Below, in pieces: positions 10,256-19,042 of a stretch of 64,000 bases of DNA (position 1 is the first letter of the stretch; each line of letters starts with the position of its first letter). The notes under the pieces are model-generated. The model worked only from the letters and a program-made list of their open reading frames with translations. It was not told the origin of the DNA and searched no databases. Both the position numbers and the translations under genes were made by a program. Where the stretch lies: the NCBI GenBank assembly GCA_963734495.1, contig CAVTHK010000003.1:384001-448000 (forward strand). Direction: 5' to 3'. Source of the stretch: an uncultured Spirochaetota bacterium. Its GTDB lineage: Bacteria; Spirochaetota; Spirochaetia; SZUA-6; CAVTHK01.

Positions 10256-11373
10256 CGGGCCTGAGCAGCCGCGAGCGCCTCACGCGCCTGTTCGAGGGAA
10301 AGCCGATCGACCGCGTGCCGGTGTGGCCGCTGTTTCCCTTCCATCGGCTGCATTACTACGCCGACGTCGCCTCCCTTGCCTGCTACAGCCGCGTCCTCGA
10401 GGCGGCGCGCCTCCACGCCGACGTCTTCGACCGCCGCGCGCCGGAGACCGGCTTCTGCTTCTCCGGCTCGCCGGAGATCCGCATGGAGGAGGAGCGGCGG
10501 CAGCAGGGCGGCAGGCGCATGCTGCGGCGCACGGTCTCCTGGCGCGGCCTCGCGTTCCGCCAGGACGGCGTCCTCGACGGCGAGCGCCTGCAGCCGACGA
10601 AGCATTGGGTCGACGACGCCGGCGAGCTCGGCCGCATCCTCGAGCTGCCGTACGAGCGGCCCGCCTTCGACCTCGAGCGGCTCGCCCGCGAGCGCGAGGA
10701 GCTCGGCGACCGCGGCCTGATGATGATCGACATCGGCGACCCTCTGCAGGTGCTCTACCGCCTGATGAGCGTCGAGACCTTCGCCGTGGCGACGCTCACC
10801 GACCGCGCCCTTCTCCTGGAGTTCCTCGACGAGATGCACAGGCGCTGTCTCGACATCTACGGCTGGTTGCTCGATCACCGCGTCGGGCCCGTCTACTTTA
10901 TCGTGGGCGCCGAGTTCGCCGGGCCTCCGGTCGTGTCGCCCGCGGACTTCGTCGATCTGTCGGCGCGCTACGTCAAGGGGATCGTCGATCTCATCCGCGG
11001 CCGCGGCATGTACTCGATCGTGCACTACCACGGGAACCTGAAGCGCGTGCTCGCGGGAATGGCGGCGATCGCGCCCGACGGCCTGCACACCGTGGAGGCG
11101 CCGCCGGTCGGGGACTGCACCCTTGCGGAGGCCCGTAAGGCGTTAGGCGACACGATTCTCATCGGGAACATCCAGTACGACGACTTCCGCAGGCTCACCC
11201 CGGACGAGATGGAGCGCCTCGTCGCGCGCACGATCGAGGAGGGGAGGGGAGGCCGCTTCATCCTGAGCCCCACGGCGGGCCCCTACGAGGAGTCGATCCC
11301 GCCGCGCATGCAGGAGAACTACGTCCGCTTTCTGGAGGCGGGGGCGAAATACGGCAGGAGAGGCACAAAGTGA
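10252..11373 (+). CDS. Uroporphyrinogen decarboxylase (URO-D/MtaA-like) family protein
   Basis: SSRERL...GKPIDRVPV, VSPADF, HYHGNL, LIGNIQ, GRFILSPT; TTG start overlaps the upstream stop. Confidence 0.8.
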   Translation: MTGLSSRERLTRLFEGKPIDRVPVWPLFPFHRLHYYADVASLACYSRVLEAARLHADVFDRRAPETGFCFSGSPEIRMEEERRQQGGRRMLRRTVSWRGLAFRQDGVLDGERLQPTKHWVDDAGELGRILELPYERPAFDLERLAREREELGDRGLMMIDIGDPLQVLYRLMSVETFAVATLTDRALLLEFLDEMHRRCLDIYGWLLDHRVGPVYFIVGAEFAGPPVVSPADFVDLSARYVKGIVDLIRGRGMYSIVHYHGNLKRVLAGMAAIAPDGLHTVEAPPVGDCTLAEARKALGDTILIGNIQYDDFRRLTPDEMERLVARTIEEGRGGRFILSPTAGPYEESIPPRMQENYVRFLEAGAKYGRRGTK

Positions 11374-13112
11374 CCAACCGGAAACACGAAGCCGACCTCT
11401 GCGTGATCGGCGGCGGCCTGGCGGGGCTGTGCGCGGCCGTGGCTGCCGCGCGGCACGGGGCGCGGGTCGTGCTCATGCAGGACAGGCCCGTGCTCGGCGG
11501 CAATGCCTCGAGCGAGGTGCGCATGTGGGTCTGCGGCGCCCACGGCGCCGGCAATCGCGAGACCGGCATCATCGAGGAGATCGAGCTCAGCAACATCCGG
11601 CGCAACCCGACGAAGAACTGGTCGCTCTGGGACTCGGTGCTCTACGAGAAGGCGCGCTTCGAGCCGAACATCACCCTGCTGCTGAACACGAGCTGCTTCG
11701 AGTGCCGCATGGACGGCGGCCGCATCGCCTCTGCGCGCGGCGTGCAGCTCACGACGCAGACCTTCCACACGGTGGAGGCGACGCTCTTTGCCGACTGCTC
11801 CGGCGACTCCGTGCTCGCGCCGCTCAGCGGCGCCGAGTTCCGCGAAGGACGCGAGGCACGCGGCGAGCACGGCGAGAGCATCGAGCCGGAGGCCGCGGAC
11901 GGCCTGCGCATGGGCTCGAGCTGCCTGATCCAGGCGAGGGAGACGAACCGGCCGCGACCCTTTACGCCGCCCGACTGGGCGTATGACTATCCGGACGAAC
12001 GGGACCTCGCGTTCCGCGACCACGACCTCCACGACCGGCGGACGAACTTCTGGTGGATCGAGACCGGCGGGCTCGGGGACACGATCGGCGACACGGAGGA
12101 GCATCGCGACGAGCTGCTCAAGATCGCCTTCGGCGTGTGGGACCACATCAAGAACCACGGCGATCACGGGGCGGAGAACTGGGAGCTGGAGTGGGTCGGG
12201 TTCCTGCCGGGCAAGCGGGAGAGCCGCCGCTACGTCGGCGACCACGTCATCACGCAGAACGACGTCGCGGCCGGCGGTCCCTTCGACGACATCGTCGCGT
12301 ACGGCGGCTGGACGATGGACGACCACCACCCCGCGGGCTTCGCCTACAAGGGCGAGCCCACGATCTTCCACCCGGCGCCCTCGCCCTGGGGCATCCCGTA
12401 CCGCAGCCTCTACTCGCGGAACGTGCCGAACCTGCTGTTCGCGGGGCGCAACATCAGCGCCACCCACGCCGCCCTGTCGTCGTCGCGCGTCATGCGCACG
12501 TGCGCGATCATCGGCCAGGCCGCGGGCACGGCGGCGGCCGTGGCGCTCGGCGCGCGGATCGCTCCGCGCGCGGTCTACCACGAACGGCTTGCGGACCTGC
12601 AGCAGGCGCTGATGACCGACGACGCGTGGCTGCCCGGCCGCGCTCGCGCCCCGTCGGCCCTGACGCGCGCGGCGCGCCTGTCGGCTTCCGTCGGCGACCC
12701 GGAGCCGCTGCGCGACGGAGTCGACCGGCCCGCCGGCGGCATCGACCACGGCTGGAGCGGGGGCCCCGGCTGCTGGGTCGAGCAGGCCTGGCCCGCGCTT
12801 CGCGAGATCCGGCGCATGCGCCTTGTCTTCGACAGCAACCTGAACCGCCACTACAGCGAGATGCGCCAGCGCGCCGGCTTTCCGCTGGGCGCGGAGCCGG
12901 TCGCGGTGGCGCCGGAGCTGGTGCGCTCGTTCCGCGTGGAGGCTCTCGGCGCCGGCGGCTCGTGGCGGACGGTCCACGAGGAGCGCGACAACCACCAGAG
13001 GCTCGCGTGGGTCCGGTTCAAGGAGCCGGTCCAGGCCCGCGCCGTTCGCCTCCTCCCCGGCGAGACCTGGGGCGCGAGCGAGAGGCATCTCTTCGCCTGG
13101 GACGTGGAGTGA
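11370..13112 (+). CDS. FAD-dependent oxidoreductase with C-terminal beta-sandwich (discoidin-like) extension
   Basis: VIGGGLAG, QDRPVLGGNASSEVRMWVCGA, FADCSGD, GKRESRRYVGDHV, IPYRSLYSRNVPNLLFAGRNISATH. Confidence 0.9.
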   Translation: MTNRKHEADLCVIGGGLAGLCAAVAAARHGARVVLMQDRPVLGGNASSEVRMWVCGAHGAGNRETGIIEEIELSNIRRNPTKNWSLWDSVLYEKARFEPNITLLLNTSCFECRMDGGRIASARGVQLTTQTFHTVEATLFADCSGDSVLAPLSGAEFREGREARGEHGESIEPEAADGLRMGSSCLIQARETNRPRPFTPPDWAYDYPDERDLAFRDHDLHDRRTNFWWIETGGLGDTIGDTEEHRDELLKIAFGVWDHIKNHGDHGAENWELEWVGFLPGKRESRRYVGDHVITQNDVAAGGPFDDIVAYGGWTMDDHHPAGFAYKGEPTIFHPAPSPWGIPYRSLYSRNVPNLLFAGRNISATHAALSSSRVMRTCAIIGQAAGTAAAVALGARIAPRAVYHERLADLQQALMTDDAWLPGRARAPSALTRAARLSASVGDPEPLRDGVDRPAGGIDHGWSGGPGCWVEQAWPALREIRRMRLVFDSNLNRHYSEMRQRAGFPLGAEPVAVAPELVRSFRVEALGAGGSWRTVHEERDNHQRLAWVRFKEPVQARAVRLLPGETWGASERHLFAWDVE

Positions 13113-13123
13113 CGGGAGGAAAG

Positions 13124-14566
13124 ATGGGCAGGCTGAACGTGAGCGGGGTGTTCCCCCACCTGGCGGTGCAGGGCGACCTCGGGCCGCCGCGCACGGAAAC
13201 GGGCGTCGGGGCTCTCATGCCGTGGGCGGGCCGGCTGTGGATGGTGAGCTACGTGGCGCACACGCGGCGCAGCGGAAGCGGCAGCGGCCTCTACGAGATC
13301 GACCCCGAGCTCTGCCGTCACGAGGCGGCCCGAAAGCCGGGACGGCACCTACGCCAACCGCTACGTCCACTTCGAATCCAACCAGCTCTTCATCGGCCCG
13401 CACGTCATCGACGCCGAGCGCCGCGTCCGCACGATCGAGCCGCTCGTCGACTGCCGCCTGACGGCCGTGATGGATCACCTGTAGCGACCCCGAGCACAAG
13501 GTGTACGTGCTCACCATGGAAGGCGAGCTCTTCGAGGTCGACGTGCGCAGCCTGGCCGTGCGGCAGCTCTTCGATCTCGCGCGGGAGCTCGAGCTGCCCG
13601 CGGGCGCGCAGCCGCACTTCAAGGCGGGCTTCACCGCGCAGGGGCGCGTGATCGTGGCGAACAACACCTACGACAACCACGAGTTCATGGGCCTCCGCGC
13701 CGCGGGGCGCCTGGCCGAGTGGGACGGCTCCGCGTGGCGCATCGTCGAGCGCAGCCCGTTCTACGAGGTGCACGGCCGGCGGCGCATGGGCGGGCTCATC
13801 TACGCCGTCGGCTGGGACCGCGCGTCCGTGCTCCTGAAGACGCTGGTCGCGGGCGGCTGGGAGACCTACCGCCTGCCCAAAGCGAGCCAGAACTTCGACC
13901 ACATGTGGCAGGACGAGTGGCCGCGCATCCGCGAGGTGGAGCACGAGCGATTCCTCATGGACGCGCACGGCCAGTTCTACGAGCTGTCACCCCACGCGTG
14001 GGGCGGCGCCTCGGTGGCACAGAAGATAGAAACTGAAGTCTTCCCGACCGCGACCGCCGACGCCGGGCCCGGCGGCCGCATCTGGGGCGTGAGGCCGATC
14101 AGCCGTCACCTGGCGGTCGTGAGCGACTTCTGCAACTTCCGCGGCATGCTCGTCGCGGGCACCAACCAGGTGTCGCCGTTCAACGGCGACAACGTGCTCG
14201 CCGCCGAGCCGGACTCGGGCGTGTGGATCGGCAGGACGGACGACCTCTGGCGCTGCGGCAAGCCCGCGGGCTGGGGCGGCCCGTGGTGGGACGCCGAGGT
14301 GGTCGGCGGGCAGGCCCTCGGACCCGTTCCTGATGACCGGCTTCGAGCACAAGTGCCTGCACCTGCGCCACAGGGCGGACCGCACCGTGCGCTTCTCGGT
14401 CGAGGTCGACTTTCTCGGCGACGGGAGCTGGGCGCCCTATGTCGAGGCCGAGGTGCAGCGCGGCGGCTACGTCTGCCACGTGTTCCCCGCCGGCTTCAGC
14501 GCGCACTGGGCGAGGGTGACCGCGAGCGCCGCATGTCGGGCGACGGCGTACTTCACCTATACATGA
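13124..14566 (+). CDS. Conserved hypothetical beta-rich (propeller-like) protein; frameshifts near 13312, 13482 and 14305
   Basis: GGAGG RBS. A continuous protein-like reading is obtained by joining frames: SGVFPHLA..ETGVGALMPWAGRLW..GTYANRYVH..SNQLFIGPHVID..YRLPKAS..EWPRIRE..GWGGPW..SDPFLMTGFEHK..FPAGFSAHW. Confidence 0.7.
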
Positions 14567-14617
14567 GCGCCGCGGATCCGCCGCCCAGGGGTTCGGTCGC
14601 TCGATGATGCGGCGCCG

Positions 14618-16189
14618 TCACGCGCCGATCGGAAGCCCGACCGGGCCCTGTGCGGCCGCTACGCGCTGGACGGCCTGCACGATGTAGGCCGCCTGTCTTC
14701 GGAAATGGATGTACATGCCCATGAGGTTGGCCAGCGGCTCGAGGCACGCGGGTCTGGCGGCCAGCACAAAGAGCACGTTGCGCCAGAAGTAGGCCGACAC
14801 CGGAGGCACCAACCCGAGCCGCAGAGAGACCTTTGCAAAGGAGACCAGCATCCTGAGCTTTTCCAACATCGACGGCCGGTGCAGCGGGTGCGGTCTGAGG
14901 CCGAGGGCGAGCTTGAGGCAACGCCTGAAGTAGCATCTGGCGGCATAGATCCTGCGGACTACGTAGAGATAGTCGTCGACGATCTCGCTCCTCGCCCTCA
15001 GGGTGACGAAATTGAGGCCCATCGTGGTCTGATCGTCGCCCGCGGAATCACCGTCGAGGAGATTGGAACCTTCAACGAGTCTTCCTTCTGTGCGCAGCCT
15101 GCGCGCCAGCTGCGTGTTGGGCAGGGCGTGCAGCAGGCCCACCATGGCCATGCAGATCCTGCTCTTCTCGACCACATCGGCGATCGATCGCGCGGACGCG
15201 CGCGTCTCGTTGTCGAAGCCCACGATGAAGCCGCCGTTGACGATCATGCCGTGCGCGTAGATCTTCTCGAGGTCCCGCAGCAGCTCGCGATGCAGGTTCT
15301 GGCTCTTGTTGCTGGCGCGAAGCAGTTGCTCGTCGGCCGTCTCGATGCCGACAAACACGTAGCGAAAGTCCAGATCTCTCATCAGCTCGAGCAGCTCCCT
15401 GTCGTCGGCCAGGTTGATGCTCGCCTCCGTCGAGAAGTAGAACGGGTGGTGACGCGCTGCGGACCATCTCTTGATGGCGTTGAGGGTCACCTTGAGCCGC
15501 TTTTTGTCGCCGATGAAGTTGTCGTCGACGAAATCGACGTGGCCCCTGTAGCCGAGCCTGTACAGGGCTTCGAGCTCGGCGACGACCTGGGCCGCCGTCT
15601 TGCTGCGCGGCGATCTGCCGTACAGCTCTATGATGTCGCAGAACTCGCAGTTGAACGGGCAGCCGCGCGTGAGCTGGATGCCGATCATGAGGTAGTCGTC
15701 GAGACGAAGCAGGTCGAACCGGGGAACGGGGCTCTTCGTGACGTCGGGCCGGGGCCCCTCGGGACGATAGATCCCCTTTTCCGCATGGGCTTCCAGGTCC
15801 TTGAGAAAGACAGGCAGAGAGCACTCGCCCTCACCCAGAACCAGATAGTCGGCGCTCGCGTAGACGGAGGGCTGCGAAGTCGGGTCGGGACCGCCGACCA
15901 CCACTTTCCGGCCGACGGCGTGGACTCTGTCGATGAGCTTCAGGAGCGCGACCTGCTGAGGCAGCATGGCCCCTATGAAGACGAGATCAGCCCAGGCGAT
16001 GTCGGCGTCGCGCAGCCGGGCCGAATTCATGTCGACGAGCCGGATCTGCCAATCCCCGGGCAACAGGGCCGCAACGGTGATCAACCCGAGCGGAGCCGCG
16101 GGGTACCTGGCCCCGGCCAATCTGCAGACCTGTTTGTAGTTCCAGAACCCGTGCGCCGAGAACTCCGGATGGATCAAGAGGGCCTTCAC
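14618..16189 (-). CDS. B12-binding radical SAM protein (HpnP-like, DUF4070-type C-terminus)
   Basis: PLGLITVAALLP, VVVGGPDPTS, RGCPFNCEFCDI (CxxxCxxC), FVDDNFIG, FIVGFDNE; GTG start with GGAGG RBS. Confidence 0.9.
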   Translation of the reverse strand: MKALLIHPEFSAHGFWNYKQVCRLAGARYPAAPLGLITVAALLPGDWQIRLVDMNSARLRDADIAWADLVFIGAMLPQQVALLKLIDRVHAVGRKVVVGGPDPTSQPSVYASADYLVLGEGECSLPVFLKDLEAHAEKGIYRPEGPRPDVTKSPVPRFDLLRLDDYLMIGIQLTRGCPFNCEFCDIIELYGRSPRSKTAAQVVAELEALYRLGYRGHVDFVDDNFIGDKKRLKVTLNAIKRWSAARHHPFYFSTEASINLADDRELLELMRDLDFRYVFVGIETADEQLLRASNKSQNLHRELLRDLEKIYAHGMIVNGGFIVGFDNETRASARSIADVVEKSRICMAMVGLLHALPNTQLARRLRTEGRLVEGSNLLDGDSAGDDQTTMGLNFVTLRARSEIVDDYLYVVRRIYAARCYFRRCLKLALGLRPHPLHRPSMLEKLRMLVSFAKVSLRLGLVPPVSAYFWRNVLFVLAARPACLEPLANLMGMYIHFRRQAAYIVQAVQRVAAAQGPVGLPIGA

Positions 16190-16245
16190 GCGAGCCGCCT
16201 CCGAAAAAGTACGACAGTGCCGCTTGCGCCGCCACGACAGAGACG

Positions 16246-16271
16246 CGGGCGGCCCCACGCGGGGCCGCCCG
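16246..16271 (-). terminator. GC-rich hairpin downstream of the copy-1 membrane protein gene
   Basis: Perfect 11-bp stem CGGGCGGCCCC-acgc-GGGGCCGCCCG; no long U-tract. Confidence 0.55.
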
Positions 16272-16289
16272 TGGATTGTCCTGCGGTCG

Positions 16290-16796
16290 CTAGCCCTGCT
16301 TGGCCCATTCCTGCCTGACCTGGTCCTTCATCTTCTCCCATTCCTTGTTCAGGGTGTCGTTCAGGCCCTTTTCCATCTCGAGCCGCGCCTTTTCCGACTG
16401 CCCCCGCAGCTGCGCGGTCATGTCCTTCGCCCAACGCTCCCTGATGCCCACCACCGCGGCTTCCCACTTCGCATTGTCCTTGGAGATCGCGGCGTCGGCA
16501 TCGGCGTAGAGCTTCTTCCCTTCGGTCGCCTCAGTCGACCCCGGCCGCTTCTCGAGGAGAACGGTGAGTGTCTCCTTGGCCTTGTTGAAGTCCCTGCTCG
16601 CGAACTGCGCCTTGGCGTCGGCCAGCAGCCGGCCCGGCTCGTACTGCGAGGCGTCGAGCTCTTTCACGAGCTGCGCATTCTGCCCCTTGACCTTGGAGAC
16701 CACCGTCACGCTCATGACGACGAGGACCAGCAGCCCTCCGATCACGAACGACATGATTCTGTTGACTGCCATCCGCAGCTTCTCGTTCTCGATCAT
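16290..16796 (-). CDS. Hypothetical single-TM protein with coiled coil and TPR-like hairpin, copy 1
   Basis: AGGAG RBS; TM SFVIGGLLVLVVMSVTVV; LLADAKAQFASRDFNKAKETLTVLLEKRPGS resembles a TPR; conserved paralog at 18057-18563. Confidence 0.8.
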   Translation of the reverse strand: MIENEKLRMAVNRIMSFVIGGLLVLVVMSVTVVSKVKGQNAQLVKELDASQYEPGRLLADAKAQFASRDFNKAKETLTVLLEKRPGSTEATEGKKLYADADAAISKDNAKWEAAVVGIRERWAKDMTAQLRGQSEKARLEMEKGLNDTLNKEWEKMKDQVRQEWAKQG

Positions 16797-17013
16797 CTTT
16801 CTTCTCCTGTGCTTCGCACCTTCCCCGCTCTGCGCGGGGAGCCGAGTTCCCTGGCCCCTGTCCCGCGAGCCCGAGGGGGACGCCCCCGCGCCCCATGCGC
16901 ATCCCGGGATGTCCTTCTGCCTTTCGGTTTCAAGTCGCGGGCCACTCCTCCAGCGTGGCCGTCGCCGCGGCGTTTGCCTCCCGGCAACCGCCGGTCGACC
17001 AGTGTTCGTGTAG

Positions 17014-17089
17014 ATCATACTGCAAGAGCAGTAAGAAAAGCAAGAGCAAAAAGCATGAAGTTGACAATAAGAATTGCAAAGACTATACT
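17014..17089. promoter_or_regulatory. Divergent sigma70 promoters overlaid by 9-bp direct repeats, copy 1
   Basis: Plus strand TTGACA(17061)-17 bp-TATACT(17084); minus strand TTGCTT-18 bp-TATGAT; repeats GCAAGAGCA/GTAAGAAAA/GCAAGAGCA from 17022. Confidence 0.8.
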
Positions 17090-17114
17090 CAGGGGGCCGA
17101 AACAGGGGAGGATC

Positions 17115-17318
17115 ATGCCAAAGATCACCAACACCAAAGCGACCGCGTTCACCATCAAAGGCGTGGACCGCGATCTCGCCAACCGGTTCCGGGCCGCCTG
17201 CCACATCAGGGGCAAGCTGTACCGCGACGTGCTGCTGGAGCTCATGGAGCAGTACGCGCGCGAGAACCTGCCGCTCAAGGGAAGCCCGGGCGGCGGCGCT
17301 TCGCCCAAGAGGAGCTGA
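17115..17318 (+). CDS. Small ribbon-helix-helix-like DNA-binding protein, copy 1
   Basis: GGAGG RBS; beta strand TAFTIKGV followed by two helices (DRDLANRFRAACHIRG, YRDVLLELMEQYARE) as in Arc/CopG/ParG; paralog at 19153. Confidence 0.75.
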   Translation: MPKITNTKATAFTIKGVDRDLANRFRAACHIRGKLYRDVLLELMEQYARENLPLKGSPGGGASPKRS

Positions 17319-17425
17319 AGATGAAGCCTGCGCATGAGCGGAGAAGGTAGGGACGACGCTCAAACGCGCGTAGTGCATCGGTACAGGTCATCAAATCCCG
17401 TTCCCGGAGCGTTCGATTCTGGGCG

Positions 17426-17463
17426 AGCTGGCTCTCCACGGCTAACATCGCGGCGAGCCAGCT
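17426..17463. terminator. Inverted repeat between the convergent RHH and CBM48 genes
   Basis: AGCTGGCTC...GAGCCAGCT stem. Confidence 0.4.
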
Positions 17464-17550
17464 TCGTCTCCCTCCTGGCTGCCCGTGGATGGGATCGGTG
17501 GGTTATGCTCCCGGCGCAAGGAACAGGGAGGGTGGCCCCCCCCTTACGCC

Positions 17551-17853
17551 TCACACCTGGACGACGCTGTTCACACCGCCGTACTCGTTCAGGGCCTGCG
17601 CCGCTGCGGCCGGGTCGCTATGCCAGTCTCCGTCGACGACAAACTTGTATTGGTATTCGCCTGGAGCCAGGTCGAGCTTGATGCGGAAGACCCCGTCCTT
17701 CTTCAACATTCGATTCGCCTTCGGGTCCCAACCGTTGAAGCTGCCGGCCAAGTGCACCTCTTTGGCCAGCGGATGCAGGTTCCATGCAAAGGCTACCTCT
17801 CGCGTCCTGGTCTCCGTGGCCGCCGCCGCCCTGATCCTCGTCGTCTTCGCCAT
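17551..17853 (-). CDS. Stand-alone glycogen-binding (CBM48/AMPK-beta-like) domain protein
   Basis: AKEVHLAGSFNGWDP...LDLAPGEYQYKFVVDGDWHSDP...NEYGGVNSVV. Confidence 0.9.
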   Translation of the reverse strand: MAKTTRIRAAAATETRTREVAFAWNLHPLAKEVHLAGSFNGWDPKANRMLKKDGVFRIKLDLAPGEYQYKFVVDGDWHSDPAAAAQALNEYGGVNSVVQV

Positions 17854-18011
17854 AATCACATTCCTCTCCTTGTGGATTGCCTCCCCGAGCGTATAGGCGG
17901 CACAGGGAGGATGTAGTTGTTCGCAAGAGATGAGCCGGAAGTCCCGAGGCGCAATCCCCGGGTGACTTTGTCGGCACGGAGTTGGCTCCGCTCCATACCG
18001 CCATGACAAGT

Positions 18012-18039
18012 ACGGACGGCCCCGCGCGGGGCCGTCCGT
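18012..18039 (-). terminator. GC-rich hairpin downstream of the copy-2 membrane protein gene
   Basis: Perfect 12-bp stem ACGGACGGCCCC-gcgc-GGGGCCGTCCGT. Confidence 0.55.
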
Positions 18040-18056
18040 CGATTGCCCGGGGGTTG

Positions 18057-18563
18057 CTACCCCTGCTTCTCCCATTCCTGCCTGACCTGGGCCTTCATCT
18101 TTTCCCATTCCTTGCCCAAGGTGTCGTTCAGGCCCGTTTCCATCTCGAGCCGGGCCTTCTCCGACTGCCCCCGCAGCTGCGCGGTCATGTCCTTCGCCCA
18201 GCGCTCCCTGATGCCTACCACCGCGGCTTCCCACTTCGCATTGTCCTTGGAGATCGCGGCGTCGGCGTCGGCGTAGAGCTTCTTCCCCTCGGTCGTCTCA
18301 TTCGCGCCGGGGCGCTTCTCGAAGAGAACGGTGAGTGTCTGCTTGACCTTGTCGAACTCGCGGTTCGCGAATTGCGCCTTGGCGTCGGCCAGCAGCCGGC
18401 CCGGCTCGTACTGCGAAGCGTCAAGCTCTTTCACGAGCTGCGCGTTCTCCCCCTTGACCTTGGAGACCACCGTCACGCTCATGACGACGAGGACCAGCAG
18501 CCCTCCGATCACGAACGACATGATTCTGTTGACTGCTATCCGCAGTTTCTCGTTCTGGATCAT
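18057..18563 (-). CDS. Hypothetical single-TM coiled-coil/TPR-like protein, copy 2
   Basis: Same length (168 aa) as 16290-16796 and roughly 90% identical to it by eye. Confidence 0.8.
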   Translation of the reverse strand: MIQNEKLRIAVNRIMSFVIGGLLVLVVMSVTVVSKVKGENAQLVKELDASQYEPGRLLADAKAQFANREFDKVKQTLTVLFEKRPGANETTEGKKLYADADAAISKDNAKWEAAVVGIRERWAKDMTAQLRGQSEKARLEMETGLNDTLGKEWEKMKAQVRQEWEKQG

Positions 18564-18791
18564 CTTTCTTCTCCTGTGCTTCGCACCTTCCCCGCTCATG
18601 CGGGGAGCCGAGTTTCCCACCCCCTGTCCCGTGAGCCCGAGGGGCCTCACCCGTTCCTTGGGCTCGGGAGTTCCGCCTGCCGGTCGCGGGGCCCCCCCAG
18701 CGTGGCCATCGCCATGGCGTTCATGCCACCCGGCTCGCAGGCGTGGCTGCCTGCTGTCGGCGCGCCTGCCCGGGCGCCGACAGCCGTCCCC

Positions 18792-18998
18792 CTAAGGCAA
18801 GCGCCCGCGACGAGCGGCGGTTTCGGCTTCGCCCGCGGCGGTCAGGTAGTACTCCATGCCGCGCAAGGGGCCGCGGACCCAGACCGCCCGCAGGTATCCA
18901 GCCTTTGCCAGCCGCCTGACCGCCCGCCAGCTCTCCATGCCGCATATTCGGCGCCCGGTCAGATCCAGGCGTTCGCCGTCGAGTGTCACCCGTCTCAT
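18792..18998 (-). CDS. Small hypothetical protein (68 aa), possible winged-helix fragment
   Basis: GGGAGG RBS directly downstream of a TATAAT promoter; RAVRRLAKAGYL...YYLTAAGEA resembles the helix-wing end of wHTH proteins; followed by a hairpin at about 18753-18784. Confidence 0.55.
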   Translation of the reverse strand: MRRVTLDGERLDLTGRRICGMESWRAVRRLAKAGYLRAVWVRGPLRGMEYYLTAAGEAETAARRGRLP

Positions 18999-19042
18999 CG
19001 CTTTCCTCCCGCCTGCGCCGCCGGCAAACGCCCTCGGCTCAC

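Larger units (their letters stand above)
16246..17318. repeat. Duplicated module, copy 1 (hairpin, membrane/TPR gene, leader, divergent promoter, RHH gene)
   Basis: Aligns by eye with 18012-19356 in both coding and intergenic sequence. Confidence 0.92.

Noticed and set aside
13482-13484. In-frame TAG as pyrrolysine/readthrough
   Set aside because: The protein continues in a different frame after removing one T, so this is a frameshift, not readthrough.
14560-14620. att-like direct repeats or a tRNA at the island borders (compared with 31070-31220)
   Set aside because: No matching repeat, tRNA cloverleaf or integrase remnant could be identified by eye.
16800-16870. Cobalamin riboswitch-like words (AGGGAA..CGG..CCCCGC, GGGAAGG) on the minus strand upstream of a B12 radical-SAM region
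   Set aside because: It lacks the GGTG-AA-TCC stem, the ACTGT element and a B12-box. It is kept only as a generic structured leader.
16920-16985. GGCAAAC suggesting a c-di-GMP-I riboswitch
   Set aside because: No GAAA-tetraloop stem followed by GACGCAAAG in the required order, and the element is not preserved in copy 2.
17340-17550. Small ORF or MITE between the RHH and CBM48 genes
   Set aside because: No convincing RBS or protein-like composition and no target-site duplication. Only a hairpin is supported.
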